Shown here: positions 28,804 through 39,539 of the stretch, piece after piece
Layout: the number at the start of each line of letters is the position of its first letter
Numbering within the stretch: the first letter of the stretch is position 1
Source: Candidatus Elulimicrobium sp.
GTDB taxonomy: Bacteria; Omnitrophota; Gorgyraeia; Zapsychrales; Fredricksoniimonadaceae
DNA: 64,000 nt
Reading direction: 5' to 3'
Assembly (NCBI GenBank): GCA_020720365.1
Contig: DYOU01000003.1
Coordinates: 4,719-68,718, forward strand
Program-made: the position numbers and the translations under genes
Notes under the pieces: model-generated
Database searches by the model: none
What the model was told of the DNA's origin: nothing
The model's input: only the letters and a program-made list of their open reading frames with translations

Positions 28804-30650
28804 AATACGTATACCTTATTCCAATTTTCCCTTTTCTGGCGTTTTGGCTGAATATCCTTTTAGGTAAACAGCTTGGACGACTATCCGCATGGATCGCGAT
28901 TGGCGCATCTTTACTTTCAACTATTCTGACTTTCGGTATATTTTTCGGAATGGTTACAGCGAATGTCCATAATTATACCTGTTCATTAGGGTCATGGATA
29001 TCCATTAACGGCCAGACGCTGTCTTTAGGTATCCTTGTAGACAATTTAACACTTATGATGCTTTCGGTCGTTACTGTTGTTGGCACCCTGATCCAAATTT
29101 ATTCTGTTGGTTATATGTCGACGGATATCCGTTTTACGCGTTATTTCGCTTATATTTCTCTCTTTATGGCATCGATGCTGGCCTTGGTCCTGGTGGATGA
29201 TTTATTGATGCTTTATATCTTCTGGGAAGGCGTAGGACTATGCTCCTGTCTTTTAATTGCCTTCTGGCATGAGAAACCAGCGGCGGCAGCCGCAGGTGTT
29301 AAGGCATTTATTACGACCCGTATTGGAGATACAGGATTATTGATCGGAATATTGATCCTGTTAGCATCAGGACATTCGTTGCGGTTTACTGATCTGGGTG
29401 CTGTGCAAGGCTCAGAAGTTCTTATGACCGTAGCGGCACTATTAATTTTCCTGGGAGCTATGGGAAAGTCGGCGCAGTTCCCATTACATGTATGGCTTCC
29501 AGATGCGATGGAAGGTCCTACGGCAATTTCAGCGCTTATTCATGCGGCGACAATGGTAGCCGCAGGCGTCTATCTTGTGGCACGTTCCTATGTATTTTTT
29601 ATAGATCACCCACTAGCGTTGCATACTATTGCCGTGATCGGTGCAATTTCAGCAGTTATGGCCGCGTCTATTGCCTGTACAGCCAATGATATTAAACGAA
29701 TTCTGGCCTATTCAACGATCAGTCAGCTGGGTCTTATGATGCTGGCTTTAGGTGTTGGCGGTTATGTTGCAGGGACATTCCATTTGATGACACACGCGTT
29801 CTTCAAGGCGTTGTTATTTCTTGGCGCAGGATCGGTTATTCATGCTGTTCACACTCAAGATATTCATCAGATGGGTGGACTTCTTCATAGAATGAAAGTA
29901 ACCGGGATCACATTCATTATTGGAGCATTAGCATTAGCCGGAGTAGGACCATTATCAGGTTTCTGGTCTAAAGATGAGATATTTATAGCGCTTTGGCAAT
30001 CCGGACATCCTGTTCTTTTTGCCGTGGCTGTTTTAACAAGTTTTTTAACGGCTTTCTACATGGCAAGAGTGATTTTTGTTGCCTTTCTTGGGATATCGCG
30101 AAGGCAACAACAGATACACGAATCGCCTCTAGTTATGACAATTCCGCTCATTATTCTTGCTTTCTTTGCTGTATTTCTCGGCTTTCTTGGCGCTCCCTGG
30201 TGTATAAATGGTGCTTTTCAACATTTTATTTCTCCTGCCATGCATGAAGTGATTCATATGAATTGGGGGATGGTCATTCTGTCCTCAATCCTTAGTTTGA
30301 CCGCTATCACTCTAGCGTATCTGATCTTTGTAAAAGGCTTTAGGTTACCTTCTTCAGGAGAGCAATATTTTGTTTGCTTCTATAAGTTGATCGAGAATAA
30401 ATATTATATTGATGAAATTCATGAAAAGATCTTCATCAAACCTTTTCATCAGCTTTGTTCTCTGTTCAAGAAGTTCGACTGTATGTATATTGATGGGGTT
30501 ATTCATGCTGTCGCTACGGTAACTGCTGTTATGGCGTCTTATATCCGGCGTTGGCAAACGGGGCGTATCGAAAATTATCTTTTTTATCAAATTTGCGGGA
30601 TTTTCATCCTGCTTATGGTTATTTCAGGTAAATTATGCCGAATCTTCTAA
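28797..30650 (+). CDS. nuoL: NADH-quinone oxidoreductase subunit L
   Basis: 617 aa antiporter-like subunit with GKSAQFPLHVWLPDAMEGPT. Confidence 0.9.
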   Translation: MVKYVYLIPIFPFLAFWLNILLGKQLGRLSAWIAIGASLLSTILTFGIFFGMVTANVHNYTCSLGSWISINGQTLSLGILVDNLTLMMLSVVTVVGTLIQIYSVGYMSTDIRFTRYFAYISLFMASMLALVLVDDLLMLYIFWEGVGLCSCLLIAFWHEKPAAAAAGVKAFITTRIGDTGLLIGILILLASGHSLRFTDLGAVQGSEVLMTVAALLIFLGAMGKSAQFPLHVWLPDAMEGPTAISALIHAATMVAAGVYLVARSYVFFIDHPLALHTIAVIGAISAVMAASIACTANDIKRILAYSTISQLGLMMLALGVGGYVAGTFHLMTHAFFKALLFLGAGSVIHAVHTQDIHQMGGLLHRMKVTGITFIIGALALAGVGPLSGFWSKDEIFIALWQSGHPVLFAVAVLTSFLTAFYMARVIFVAFLGISRRQQQIHESPLVMTIPLIILAFFAVFLGFLGAPWCINGAFQHFISPAMHEVIHMNWGMVILSSILSLTAITLAYLIFVKGFRLPSSGEQYFVCFYKLIENKYYIDEIHEKIFIKPFHQLCSLFKKFDCMYIDGVIHAVATVTAVMASYIRRWQTGRIENYLFYQICGIFILLMVISGKLCRIF

Positions 30651-32092
30651 CGATCATTATCTTTTTTCCTTTACTGGGAGGGCTGCTGATCTCTTTGATC
30701 CCTCGCCGGAATGAAAGCATTATTCGTTTAACAGCAGTTTTGTTTAATGTAATGACACTTGGGGTTGTCGGTGTTTTATGTACTCTTTTTGATCGCACCA
30801 GTTCAGCAGTACAGTTTCTGGAAAGTGTTCCATGGATTCCCGATATCGGGATTAATTACATTGTGGGGGTTGACGGGATCAGCCTTGGCCTGGTTTTTTT
30901 GACAGCTTTACTGGGTTTATTGGCTGCACTGGCCACAACAAGTATCACGAAGAGTGTTAAGGAATATTTTATTTTGTACCAGATCTTAATGACCGGAATG
31001 TTGGGAACATTTCTTGCGTTGGATCTTGTTCTTTTTTATATCTTTTGGGAGACAGTCCTGATCCCTATGTTTTTTCTGATCGGAATATGGGGAGGACAGA
31101 GGCGTGAGTATGCTGCATGGAAGTTCTTTTTTTATACATTAGCCGGTTCGTTTGTTATGCTTTTGGCTATTATAGCTATTTATTTTCTTGTTACGCCACA
31201 TACGTTTAATATGCTGGAGATAACATCCCTTGCTCCTCATTTGAATAATAACTTTCAATGTGTGTTGTTTTTGATGTTCTTTCTTTCTTTTGCAGTCAAG
31301 ATCCCCGTTTTCCCGTTTCATACATGGTTACCAGATGCACATGTGGAAGCACCCACACCCGTCAGTGTTATCCTCGCGGGCGTGCTTCTTAAAATGGGGG
31401 CATATGGCTTATTGCGTATTTGTGTGCCGTATTTCCCTTATGCGCTGGATTATTTTGCTTTTTCTTTAGGCGTGTTAGGTGCTGTCAATTTGATCTATGG
31501 GGCTTGTGCAGCGTTTGTTCAAACTGATTTTAAGAAAATGATCGCATATTCATCTGTGAGCCATATGGGTTTTGTTTTATTAGGAGTTGCGGCTATGAAC
31601 AGCACGGGATTGAACGGAAGTTTACTCGAAATGTTTAATCACGGCATCATTACGGGCGGGATGTTCCTTTTAGTCGGAGTACTCTATGATCGTGCCCATA
31701 CCAGAGAAATGACGGCTTTCGGCGGACTATCATCGACCATGCCGCGGTATGCTTTCTTTCTGACCATTATGGCCCTGGCATCATTCGGCCTTCCGGGTTT
31801 AAGCGGCTTTGTGGGAGAATTTCTCTCTATTGCAGGAATTTATTTTACTTTTCCCTGGCTCGCTGCTCTCTCTTCGATTGGTTTAATTATGGTAGTTGCC
31901 TTATTTCTGACCATTATCAGGAAAGTCCTGTGGGGACGGCCCCAAAGCGCTGTACATTGGCCGGATATGGGTTTTGACGAAATGATCCTTCTTTGTCCTT
32001 TAGTTCTTATTACGTTAGGGGTGGGTTTCTATCCAGAAATCATTCTGCAATTTCAAAGACAGGCCATAAACCTTCTGGTGAGAATGTCATGA
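30635..32092 (+). CDS. nuoM: NADH-quinone oxidoreductase subunit M
   Basis: 485 aa antiporter-like subunit with VKIPVFPFHTWLPDAHVEAPT. Confidence 0.9.
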   Translation: MPNLLTIIIFFPLLGGLLISLIPRRNESIIRLTAVLFNVMTLGVVGVLCTLFDRTSSAVQFLESVPWIPDIGINYIVGVDGISLGLVFLTALLGLLAALATTSITKSVKEYFILYQILMTGMLGTFLALDLVLFYIFWETVLIPMFFLIGIWGGQRREYAAWKFFFYTLAGSFVMLLAIIAIYFLVTPHTFNMLEITSLAPHLNNNFQCVLFLMFFLSFAVKIPVFPFHTWLPDAHVEAPTPVSVILAGVLLKMGAYGLLRICVPYFPYALDYFAFSLGVLGAVNLIYGACAAFVQTDFKKMIAYSSVSHMGFVLLGVAAMNSTGLNGSLLEMFNHGIITGGMFLLVGVLYDRAHTREMTAFGGLSSTMPRYAFFLTIMALASFGLPGLSGFVGEFLSIAGIYFTFPWLAALSSIGLIMVVALFLTIIRKVLWGRPQSAVHWPDMGFDEMILLCPLVLITLGVGFYPEIILQFQRQAINLLVRMS

Positions 32093-33498
32093 ACAGCTCA
32101 ATTTCTTTTATTGTTCCTGAAATTATTCTTTGTACTGGAGCGACCGCTCTTCTGATCGCCGGTGCTATAGGTTCGCGTAGGCGGTTATTGAATATTATTG
32201 CGGTGATGACTGTTGCAATAAGTTTCTTTTCCATGTTTGCAGTGCCTGGCAATATTCATTCTGTGTTCTCCGGGATGTTGATCAATGATGCGTTTAGTTA
32301 TGTCTTGCGCGTGTTTGTTCTGGTCGTTGCTATGTTATCAGTGCTCATGTCGATAGGATATACCTGGCCTCAGGAGGAGGATGCCGGAGAGTATTATTTC
32401 TTTATTCTTTTGGCAACAGTATCAATGATGTTCGCCGTCAGTGCCGGGAATATGATCATGATCTATTTATCAATTGAAGCGCTTTCGATCATTTCATATA
32501 TCCTGGCGTGTTATTTCAAGAAAGATGTCTTATCCACTGAAGCCGGGGTAAAATATTTCCTGTTTGGGACATTATCAACGGGTCTTATGCTTTACGGTAT
32601 TTCATTGGTCTATGGACTCACAGGAACTTTGGATCTGGAAAAAATATTGATCCAGCTGAAAGTCCTGGAAGGTTATGCGCCTGTTCTGGGATTGGCTGCT
32701 ATTTTGATCTTTGCAGGATTTGCATTTAAAGCTTCTATTGTTCCGTTTCATGTATGGGTAGCGGATGTATATAATGGCGCTCCTTGGCCTGTGGCCGCTT
32801 TCTTTTCTATTGGGCCTAAAGCGGTTGGATTTGCGCTACTTATAAAAGTATTCTTTGGGTACTCGCTTTTCCTTTCGTCAATCTGGACGGGGATTGCTGT
32901 TATTTTGGCTGTCGCCACCATGTTTGTGGGCAATCTGTCTGCTTTTCATCAAGATAATGTGAAGCGACTTTTAGCTTTTTCATCTGTAGCTCAAGCTGGT
33001 TATATTTTTGCAGGATTAGCGATGGGCTTATCAGGATTAAAAGCCGCCTTCTTTTATATTATTATCTACACATTCATGAATATGGGAGCATTTGCCTGTG
33101 TGTCTTATCTTGCGTCTGATTTATCGGATATTAAAGCATTGCGTGGAATAAGCCGTACTTCACCTGCGGGGGCATTCATTCTCTCGGTTTTTTTGTTATC
33201 ATTGGCAGGACTTCCTCCATTGGCAGGGTTTTGGGCAAAGTTTTTTATACTATGTTCTATTATTGATGCCAGGCATTATTTCTTGGCCGGGATCTTAGTA
33301 TTTAATAGTTGCGTAGCATTCTTCTATTATTTAAAAATTGTTAGAACAATGTATTTTGATGAACCTTTATCTACTGTAGTTTCCAGGAAGACTTCATATA
33401 GCACGCTTATTGTATTGGCAAGTTGTTGCCTGATGGTCATAGAAGCAGGAATTTTCCCTAGAATCCTTTTGGACTTTCTTGGGTTACTTTTTCATTGA
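32089..33498 (+). CDS. nuoN: NADH-quinone oxidoreductase subunit N
   Basis: Start set to ATG 32089 (ATGA overlap with the nuoM stop). Antiporter-like subunit with FKASIVPFHVWVADVYNGAP. Confidence 0.9.
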   Translation: MNSSISFIVPEIILCTGATALLIAGAIGSRRRLLNIIAVMTVAISFFSMFAVPGNIHSVFSGMLINDAFSYVLRVFVLVVAMLSVLMSIGYTWPQEEDAGEYYFFILLATVSMMFAVSAGNMIMIYLSIEALSIISYILACYFKKDVLSTEAGVKYFLFGTLSTGLMLYGISLVYGLTGTLDLEKILIQLKVLEGYAPVLGLAAILIFAGFAFKASIVPFHVWVADVYNGAPWPVAAFFSIGPKAVGFALLIKVFFGYSLFLSSIWTGIAVILAVATMFVGNLSAFHQDNVKRLLAFSSVAQAGYIFAGLAMGLSGLKAAFFYIIIYTFMNMGAFACVSYLASDLSDIKALRGISRTSPAGAFILSVFLLSLAGLPPLAGFWAKFFILCSIIDARHYFLAGILVFNSCVAFFYYLKIVRTMYFDEPLSTVVSRKTSYSTLIVLASCCLMVIEAGIFPRILLDFLGLLFH

Positions 33499-33538
33499 AT
33501 TGAATAAATCAATAAATGATACGATATTCTAGCAAAGC

Positions 33539-35332
33539 TTAAGAAGTCATGGCAGAAAAGAGTGTTGAAATCCTTGTGGAACAATTGTCAAGATCGGATA
33601 AGAATCGTTCGCGTGAAGATTCGATTTCTTCTGTCATTTGGGACACAATAGCGCGGTAATATTTAATACCTTCGTAAAGATTCAGATGATATTCTTCAAT
33701 AACAGCCCGTTTCTTATCATTAGATTCCGCCTTGAAATCAGCCAATAAGATCTCAAATTGTTCAATATTGAGCTTTAATTCCTTAATAAACATATGAGGG
33801 CGTTCAATAAATGGCATCATATTGATCCGTCCGTAAATATGATCGATCATTTCTTTCAGTGTCATTGATCTATTAAAGTAAGCAATATTAGGGCCAGGAC
33901 AGACTGCGGGAAAAAGTCCGTCTTTTTTTGAAATATTTTCATTGATATAGACACCATCACCCAGTTGGGAACAGATACAGGCTTTAGCTGTTATTCCTTT
34001 TGACTGCTTGTTGAATTCATTCTGAGGAAGTCCGAGTGCTTTCAATGCTTCCAGTTTAAGCTTTTGATAAACCCGTGAAGCAGTACATACAGGATTTTTG
34101 GTATATTCCGTATTAGTGGCTAAATGCCCGATATAGCAAGGGCTGCCTGGAGTCCCTTTGTCGATCAGTTGGTTCTTGCGGATCTCGCTCAATGAATTAC
34201 GTAAATTATTAAATGCAACGTTAAGAGGGGACACGTCACTGAGGAAGATGTCCTTTTCATTCGCGGCTGTGAGTTTACCCATGGTATCCGGATCAATTTG
34301 TACGGCCTCCGGGACAAGAAGGAAAGGAGATCCCCAGCCAGTGGAAATGACCTTGTAATAGCGTTTCAGAAACTGATCCTCGTTATATGTTCCGATTCCG
34401 CCTTGAGCTGTCAGACGAAAAGATAACGGAGTCACCGGAATGAACTTACCTTTAAGTTTTAAGGCCTCTTTTAAGGACGCCCCGAGTTGTTCGATCAATT
34501 CACTACGTTTTTGTTTGAATTCCTCCAGGATCGGCCCCATTAGATTACCTGAGCCGGAGAAAGCATGACCACCACAATTGAGGCCGGACTCAATACGGAA
34601 TTCAGAAACCCAGAGGCCTTTCTTAGCTAGGAATTTTCCTTGAGTAATAGCAGAACGGTAGTCACTTACTTTAAGAATGATCTCTTTTTTAAAAGAACCT
34701 TCTTTAGTCGGATAAAAGTCTGCGAATTCTTCAATATATGTATAAAGACGACGATTAAAACCAGCAGAAAGGACGATACCTGAGTGTACGGTGCTTGTTG
34801 CATAACCACGGAGAGCCGCCAGAGCGTCAGAATACTCTTCAGAAAGAGGGGCTCCGTCTTTTGTAAAATTAGGCCGATCGATCTTTGTCATGATGTTAAC
34901 GTGGATCTTACCGGGTTGTATTTGATCACGTAAAGTTTTCTGAAGTTTTTCTTTACAGGTGTTATCTGCTTCGGAAAGCATTTGATTGTAAATTACCTTC
35001 ATTGCAGATTCATTCGGTAATAAGTCAAAGTATTTGGTCATTTCACTGGAAGGTTCAAAAGGAGAGTTTTTAAGCATGTTGAATTGGTGGGTAACAATTT
35101 TATCAACAATGTTTAAATATTCAGTAATTCGGCGAGCGCGCCAATCGTTATCATATTTATTAATGGGGGCATAATCAAAACCATACCGCTGGGCATATAC
35201 TTTACGTACATTTTCGATCAAGGTATCATCAACCAAAGAAATAACAGAAGAGATGCCATAACGGGCCACGCGTATTGGCGAATCAATAGTAAAACCTGTG
35301 CCCATTACTGGGAGATGAAATGTATGTGCCAT
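33539..35332 (-). CDS. Uncharacterised 597-aa protein, possibly a TIM-barrel flavoenzyme distantly like the nitronate monooxygenase/FabK fold, with a C-terminal Cys-rich region
   Basis: The long ORF has no competing ORF. LPVMGTGFTIDSPIRVARYGISSVISL, RIESGLNCGGHAFSG and LTAQGGIGT recall the P-x-M...GG-x-G, E-A-G-G-H and A-G-G-I segments of NMO-fold enzymes. Six Cys lie in the last third (SPCYIGH, PVCT, ACICSQ, AVCPGP). The assignment is tentative. Confidence 0.5.
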   Translation of the reverse strand: MAHTFHLPVMGTGFTIDSPIRVARYGISSVISLVDDTLIENVRKVYAQRYGFDYAPINKYDNDWRARRITEYLNIVDKIVTHQFNMLKNSPFEPSSEMTKYFDLLPNESAMKVIYNQMLSEADNTCKEKLQKTLRDQIQPGKIHVNIMTKIDRPNFTKDGAPLSEEYSDALAALRGYATSTVHSGIVLSAGFNRRLYTYIEEFADFYPTKEGSFKKEIILKVSDYRSAITQGKFLAKKGLWVSEFRIESGLNCGGHAFSGSGNLMGPILEEFKQKRSELIEQLGASLKEALKLKGKFIPVTPLSFRLTAQGGIGTYNEDQFLKRYYKVISTGWGSPFLLVPEAVQIDPDTMGKLTAANEKDIFLSDVSPLNVAFNNLRNSLSEIRKNQLIDKGTPGSPCYIGHLATNTEYTKNPVCTASRVYQKLKLEALKALGLPQNEFNKQSKGITAKACICSQLGDGVYINENISKKDGLFPAVCPGPNIAYFNRSMTLKEMIDHIYGRINMMPFIERPHMFIKELKLNIEQFEILLADFKAESNDKKRAVIEEYHLNLYEGIKYYRAIVSQMTEEIESSRERFLSDLDNCSTRISTLFSAMTS

Positions 35333-35454
35333 AATTATATTTCTTCAAGCCTCATTGAAAAATAATATAGAGGATTTGAATGATAAATCAAGTTTTTTGA
35401 TCTGTATTTAATTATAAGCAATTTTGCTATTCCAGAATAGCAGTTTATACTACA

Positions 35455-36549
35455 ATGAATTTCAAATTTATGGAAAATATTTCCATTGAAACCCTCATTC
35501 ATTCAGCTGAAGCGTCCGAAGGTATGCCTTTGGAGATTGCCCTACGTCTTTTAGACCCTGTAGGAAGCGATCTCTTTATATGCCTTCAGGCAGCGTATTC
35601 ATTGAGACAAAAGTATTTTGGAAAAGATGTTACGATCCATATATTAAACAATGTCCAGAATGGATTATGCCCTGAAGACTGCCGATATTGTGCCCAATCC
35701 AGGACATCTAAAGCTTCTATTGCCCAATATCCAATGAAATCTGATAATGAAATATTGCAAGAAGCTCGCGCGGCGTACGCGCAAGGGGCGCATCGTTATT
35801 GCATGGTCTTTTCAGGAACAGGCCCTACGGATACGCGTATTGAGAAACTAACCTCTCTCATAGGGCTAATAAAGAACAACGTTAAAATTGAAGTATGTGT
35901 ATCACCAGGAGCGATCAATGCGCAACAGGCGGCTCAGTTGAAAGCAGCGGGGCTTGATCGTTTAAATCATAATTTAAACACGGCGGAAACGTATTATTCA
36001 TCTATTTGTTCGACACATTCTTATTATGATCGTTTACAGACACTGATGGCAGCCAAAAGTGCTGGATTAGCTATTTGCTCGGGCGTTATTATCGGGATGG
36101 GTGAGTCTCCAGTGGATGTTTACTCAATGGCAAAACAGCTAGGCGCTGTAGGGGCAAACTCTATTCCCGTCAATTTCTTTATGCCGATCGAGGGGACGTC
36201 AATTAAAGAAGCGGTGGGATTAACACCGGAATATTGTCTTCGGATATTGTGTCTCTTCAGGCTAATGAACCCAAAAGCTGAATTACGGATGGCCGCAGGC
36301 AGAGAAATGCATTTACGCTCTTTGGAAGTTATGGGGTTATACCCTGCCAACTCACTTTTTTTACAGGGATATTTAAATACACACGGTGATTCAGATTGGC
36401 GTACATTAAACATGATCAAAGATGCCGGATTCTCTATTGTTTCTGAAGTGTCTCTGGATTCTTTATTGGTTGAGAAACAGTCTTGTTCGAATGAATACTT
36501 AAAAACGAGGCAGCAACTGCGGCCGTTTAAACAGGAAAATGAGGGGTAA
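35455..36549 (+). CDS. bioB: Biotin synthase (radical SAM)
   Basis: [11 protein letters not shown] (radical-SAM cluster), [33 protein letters not shown] and RMAAGRE. Confidence 0.85.
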   Translation: MNFKFMENISIETLIHSAEASEGMPLEIALRLLDPVGSDLFICLQAAYSLRQKYFGKDVTIHILNNVQNGLCPEDCRYCAQSRTSKASIAQYPMKSDNEILQEARAAYAQGAHRYCMVFSGTGPTDTRIEKLTSLIGLIKNNVKIEVCVSPGAINAQQAAQLKAAGLDRLNHNLNTAETYYSSICSTHSYYDRLQTLMAAKSAGLAICSGVIIGMGESPVDVYSMAKQLGAVGANSIPVNFFMPIEGTSIKEAVGLTPEYCLRILCLFRLMNPKAELRMAAGREMHLRSLEVMGLYPANSLFLQGYLNTHGDSDWRTLNMIKDAGFSIVSEVSLDSLLVEKQSCSNEYLKTRQQLRPFKQENEG

Positions 36550-36554
36550 CACAC

Positions 36555-37490
36555 ATGGAAGATATCATCATTATCGGTTCTGGTCCAGCGGCACATACGG
36601 CTGCATTGTATACGGCAAGAGCAAATTTAAAGCCGTTGTTATTTGAAGGAATGATGGCGGCTGGAGTTGCCGCAGGCGGGCAATTAACAACAACAACCGA
36701 GATTGAAAACTTCCCTGGTTTCCCGGAAGGTATAAGCGGGCCAGAGCTAATGCAGCGTATGCGTGCGCAATCCCTTAAGCATGGCGCTCGTATTGAAACT
36801 GATACTATAGAAAGTCTTGATCTTTCCAGGAGACCTTTCTTTCTTAAGACCGAGTCTGGAGTACAATTATCCGCAAAAGTATTGATCATTGCTACTGGAG
36901 CAACAGCCAAGCGAATGCATATTCCAGGAGAAGAGCTTTATTGGCAAAAAGGTATTTCTGCATGCGCCGTCTGTGATGGAGCACTTCCGTTTTTTCGTAA
37001 CAAGATTCTCGTGGTGGTGGGCGGGGGAGATACGGCAGTCGAAGAAGCAACTCATTTAACAAAATACGCATCGAAGGTGGTGTTAATCCATCGGCGTAAC
37101 GAATTACGAGCATCCAAAATTATGCAAGAGCGTCTCTTTGATAACAAGAAGATCGATGTTATTTGGGATTCCGTTCCTGTTGAAGCTTATGGAGAGAAGA
37201 CATTGACAGGTATAAAGATTCAAAATGTCAAGACAGGCAGTATTGCAGAGTTTGGATGTAACGGGCTCTTTTTTGCTATTGGCCATACGCCTAATACGGC
37301 GTTTATAGGTAAGCAGATCGACCTGGATGAGACCGGGTACATTAAAACACAACCAAGCTCTTGTTTAACCAGTATCAAAGGGGTTTTTGCTTGTGGGGAT
37401 GTTCAGGATAAAAAGTATCGCCAAGCGATTGTGGCGGCTGGTTCAGGGTGTATGGCGGCTTTGGAGGCAGAACGTTTTCTGAACGGTTAA
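36555..37490 (+). CDS. trxB: Thioredoxin-disulfide reductase
   Basis: 311 aa with [15 protein letters not shown], the redox-active CAVCDG, and [10 protein letters not shown]. Confidence 0.9.
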   Translation: MEDIIIIGSGPAAHTAALYTARANLKPLLFEGMMAAGVAAGGQLTTTTEIENFPGFPEGISGPELMQRMRAQSLKHGARIETDTIESLDLSRRPFFLKTESGVQLSAKVLIIATGATAKRMHIPGEELYWQKGISACAVCDGALPFFRNKILVVVGGGDTAVEEATHLTKYASKVVLIHRRNELRASKIMQERLFDNKKIDVIWDSVPVEAYGEKTLTGIKIQNVKTGSIAEFGCNGLFFAIGHTPNTAFIGKQIDLDETGYIKTQPSSCLTSIKGVFACGDVQDKKYRQAIVAAGSGCMAALEAERFLNG

Positions 37491-37491
37491 T

Positions 37492-38187
37492 ATGAGTTTA
37501 TCCAATCAGGCGTCAAATCAGATCTTTGATTGTATTGCCGATCGATATGATTTAGTGAATAACATTTTATCTTTCGGATTACACTCATCCTGGCGCTTAC
37601 GGCTTACGGGATCTTTACCGGCCACGGCTTCTTCAGTTTTAGATATTGCCTGCGGGACATTATCGATACCTTTGACCTTATTACGGGAAAGAACAAATAT
37701 TTCGAAGATCGTAGGCATTGATATTTCAGAAAGGATGCTTTCTATTGGTCAGAAGCGTCTTAAAATGGTCCAGCGATCACGGTCGATTCAATTAGTGAAA
37801 GGAGATGCTTTAGTACTACCTTTCAGAAATTCTTCGTTTAATGTAGTTACAATAGGTTTTGCATTAAGAAACGTTCCGGATATTATGAGGCTTATCTCAT
37901 CTGCCTACAGGGTTCTTGGATCAAATGGTTCTTTTGGCATATTGGAATTTTCTACACCAAGAGGGTTCTTGGGGCTCTTGCATAAAATTTATTTAATTAT
38001 GGTCATGCCTTTAATGGGCTATATTTTTACGGGGAATTCTTCCGCTTATCAGCATCTTGGCAACAGTATTCTTCAGTTCCCTCCGTCTGACCGTTTCATT
38101 AGAATGCTTCAACAGGCTGGATTCAAGAATATCACGATGCAACCGCTCGCCTTTGGTGCGGTCACTCTTTACATGGCTAAAAAATGA
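37492..38187 (+). CDS. menG: Demethylmenaquinone/ubiquinone C-methyltransferase (UbiE/MenG)
   Basis: YDLVNNILSFGLHSSWR and the SAM motif VLDIACGT. Adjacent to menF and menD. Confidence 0.8.
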   Translation: MSLSNQASNQIFDCIADRYDLVNNILSFGLHSSWRLRLTGSLPATASSVLDIACGTLSIPLTLLRERTNISKIVGIDISERMLSIGQKRLKMVQRSRSIQLVKGDALVLPFRNSSFNVVTIGFALRNVPDIMRLISSAYRVLGSNGSFGILEFSTPRGFLGLLHKIYLIMVMPLMGYIFTGNSSAYQHLGNSILQFPPSDRFIRMLQQAGFKNITMQPLAFGAVTLYMAKK

Positions 38188-39539
38188 ACTCAGATCCTAT
38201 AAGAATTCTTAAACGTCATATTAAGAGAGAATATTTCAAGGTTCTGAATTCCAATCATTTTCCTTCTGTTATTCGAGTTCAGATCGAGCTGGAAGATAGT
38301 TTTGATCCTTTATCATGGCTGGCTTCACAAAGGGAATACCCTAAGTTCTTCTGGCGTAGTGAAGATGAGGGAAGAATTTTAGCGTATGCAGGGGCATCAT
38401 ATATTTCAACCAATTCAGATTATGCTTCTACCGGGGCTCAGTGGGAGACAGTCCGTGGGTTTATGCAGCAGGAGCCTCATCTGCGCTGTTGGTTGGGAAC
38501 GGCGTTTCATCCAAGAATATCCGGATCGGAATGGAGTGACTTTGATGCTTGTTCCCTACATGTTCCTAAGATCGGACTTGAACGAGATCCTATCCACGCA
38601 CGTTGGCATTTGGTTTGTCAACTAATCATTACTTCCAGAGAAGATGTTGCTGTCGATGTTGTTTTGTCTCTTCTGGATACGATTTTATATGTTGAGGATG
38701 TCTCATATTTCTCGCCAGACATCTTAGCTATAAAGGAGACCCCCTCGTATGAACAGTGGAAAGAAATGGTTCATTCAGCCTTACAGCATACGGCTGATCA
38801 GCTGATCTCAAAAGTCGTGCTATCCCGCAGAAGACATTTATTGTTAAATTCTCCGGTCTCACCTGAAATGATCTTGGCTAAATTGCTTCATCAGAAAGGA
38901 ACAGCCTTTTTATATTCTCCGGCGCCGTTAACAGGCTTTCTGGGCGTGTCTCCTGAATTATTGTTTCATCGGAAGCGAGATCGATTGGATTCAATGGCGA
39001 TCGCAGGGACTCGACCGAGAGGTAAGGATCATATACAGGATCAATTCTTCAAGCAAGATCTTATTATTTCACAAAAAGATAGGCAGGAACACAAACAAGT
39101 AGTGGATATGGTTTTGAATAAACTTAAGGACTTGTGTATTCTGGCGAAGTTGTATGGAAAGATGGAAATCCTTGATCTTGTTAATCAACGGCATTTTATG
39201 CAACGCCTGCGCGGACGCCTCCTTGAGGGGGTCACGGATGAAACTATCCGGAATACTTTACATCCTACTCCAGCCGTAGGAGGTGTGCCCAGAGATACCG
39301 CCACGGATTTCTTACAAAAGGTTGAACCTTTCGATCGCGGCTGGTTCGCAGGGACCATCGGCTGGTTAAGCCATAATGAAGCCGAGCTTGCCGTGGCCAT
39401 TCGATCGTGTCTAATTCTTAAAGAAAACTGGTATATTTATGCAGGGGCAGGTCTTGTTCAAGGATCAACCGCAATCGATGAATGGGAAGAGGTGGATCTC
39501 AAGATGAAGAATATTATGGATATTATTTATGCGCGTTGA
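38184..39539 (+). CDS. menF: Isochorismate synthase
   Basis: Chorismate-binding motifs AIAGTRPRG, LHPTPAVGGVP and AGAGLV. Confidence 0.85.
   Translation: MNSDPIRILKRHIKREYFKVLNSNHFPSVIRVQIELEDSFDPLSWLASQREYPKFFWRSEDEGRILAYAGASYISTNSDYASTGAQWETVRGFMQQEPHLRCWLGTAFHPRISGSEWSDFDACSLHVPKIGLERDPIHARWHLVCQLIITSREDVAVDVVLSLLDTILYVEDVSYFSPDILAIKETPSYEQWKEMVHSALQHTADQLISKVVLSRRRHLLLNSPVSPEMILAKLLHQKGTAFLYSPAPLTGFLGVSPELLFHRKRDRLDSMAIAGTRPRGKDHIQDQFFKQDLIISQKDRQEHKQVVDMVLNKLKDLCILAKLYGKMEILDLVNQRHFMQRLRGRLLEGVTDETIRNTLHPTPAVGGVPRDTATDFLQKVEPFDRGWFAGTIGWLSHNEAELAVAIRSCLILKENWYIYAGAGLVQGSTAIDEWEEVDLKMKNIMDIIYAR

Noticed and set aside
36120-36910. Minus-strand ORFs of 158 and 127 aa overlapping the bioB 3' end and the trxB 5' end
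   Set aside because: The sense-strand products have full BioB and TrxB signatures, and the antisense products are low-complexity.
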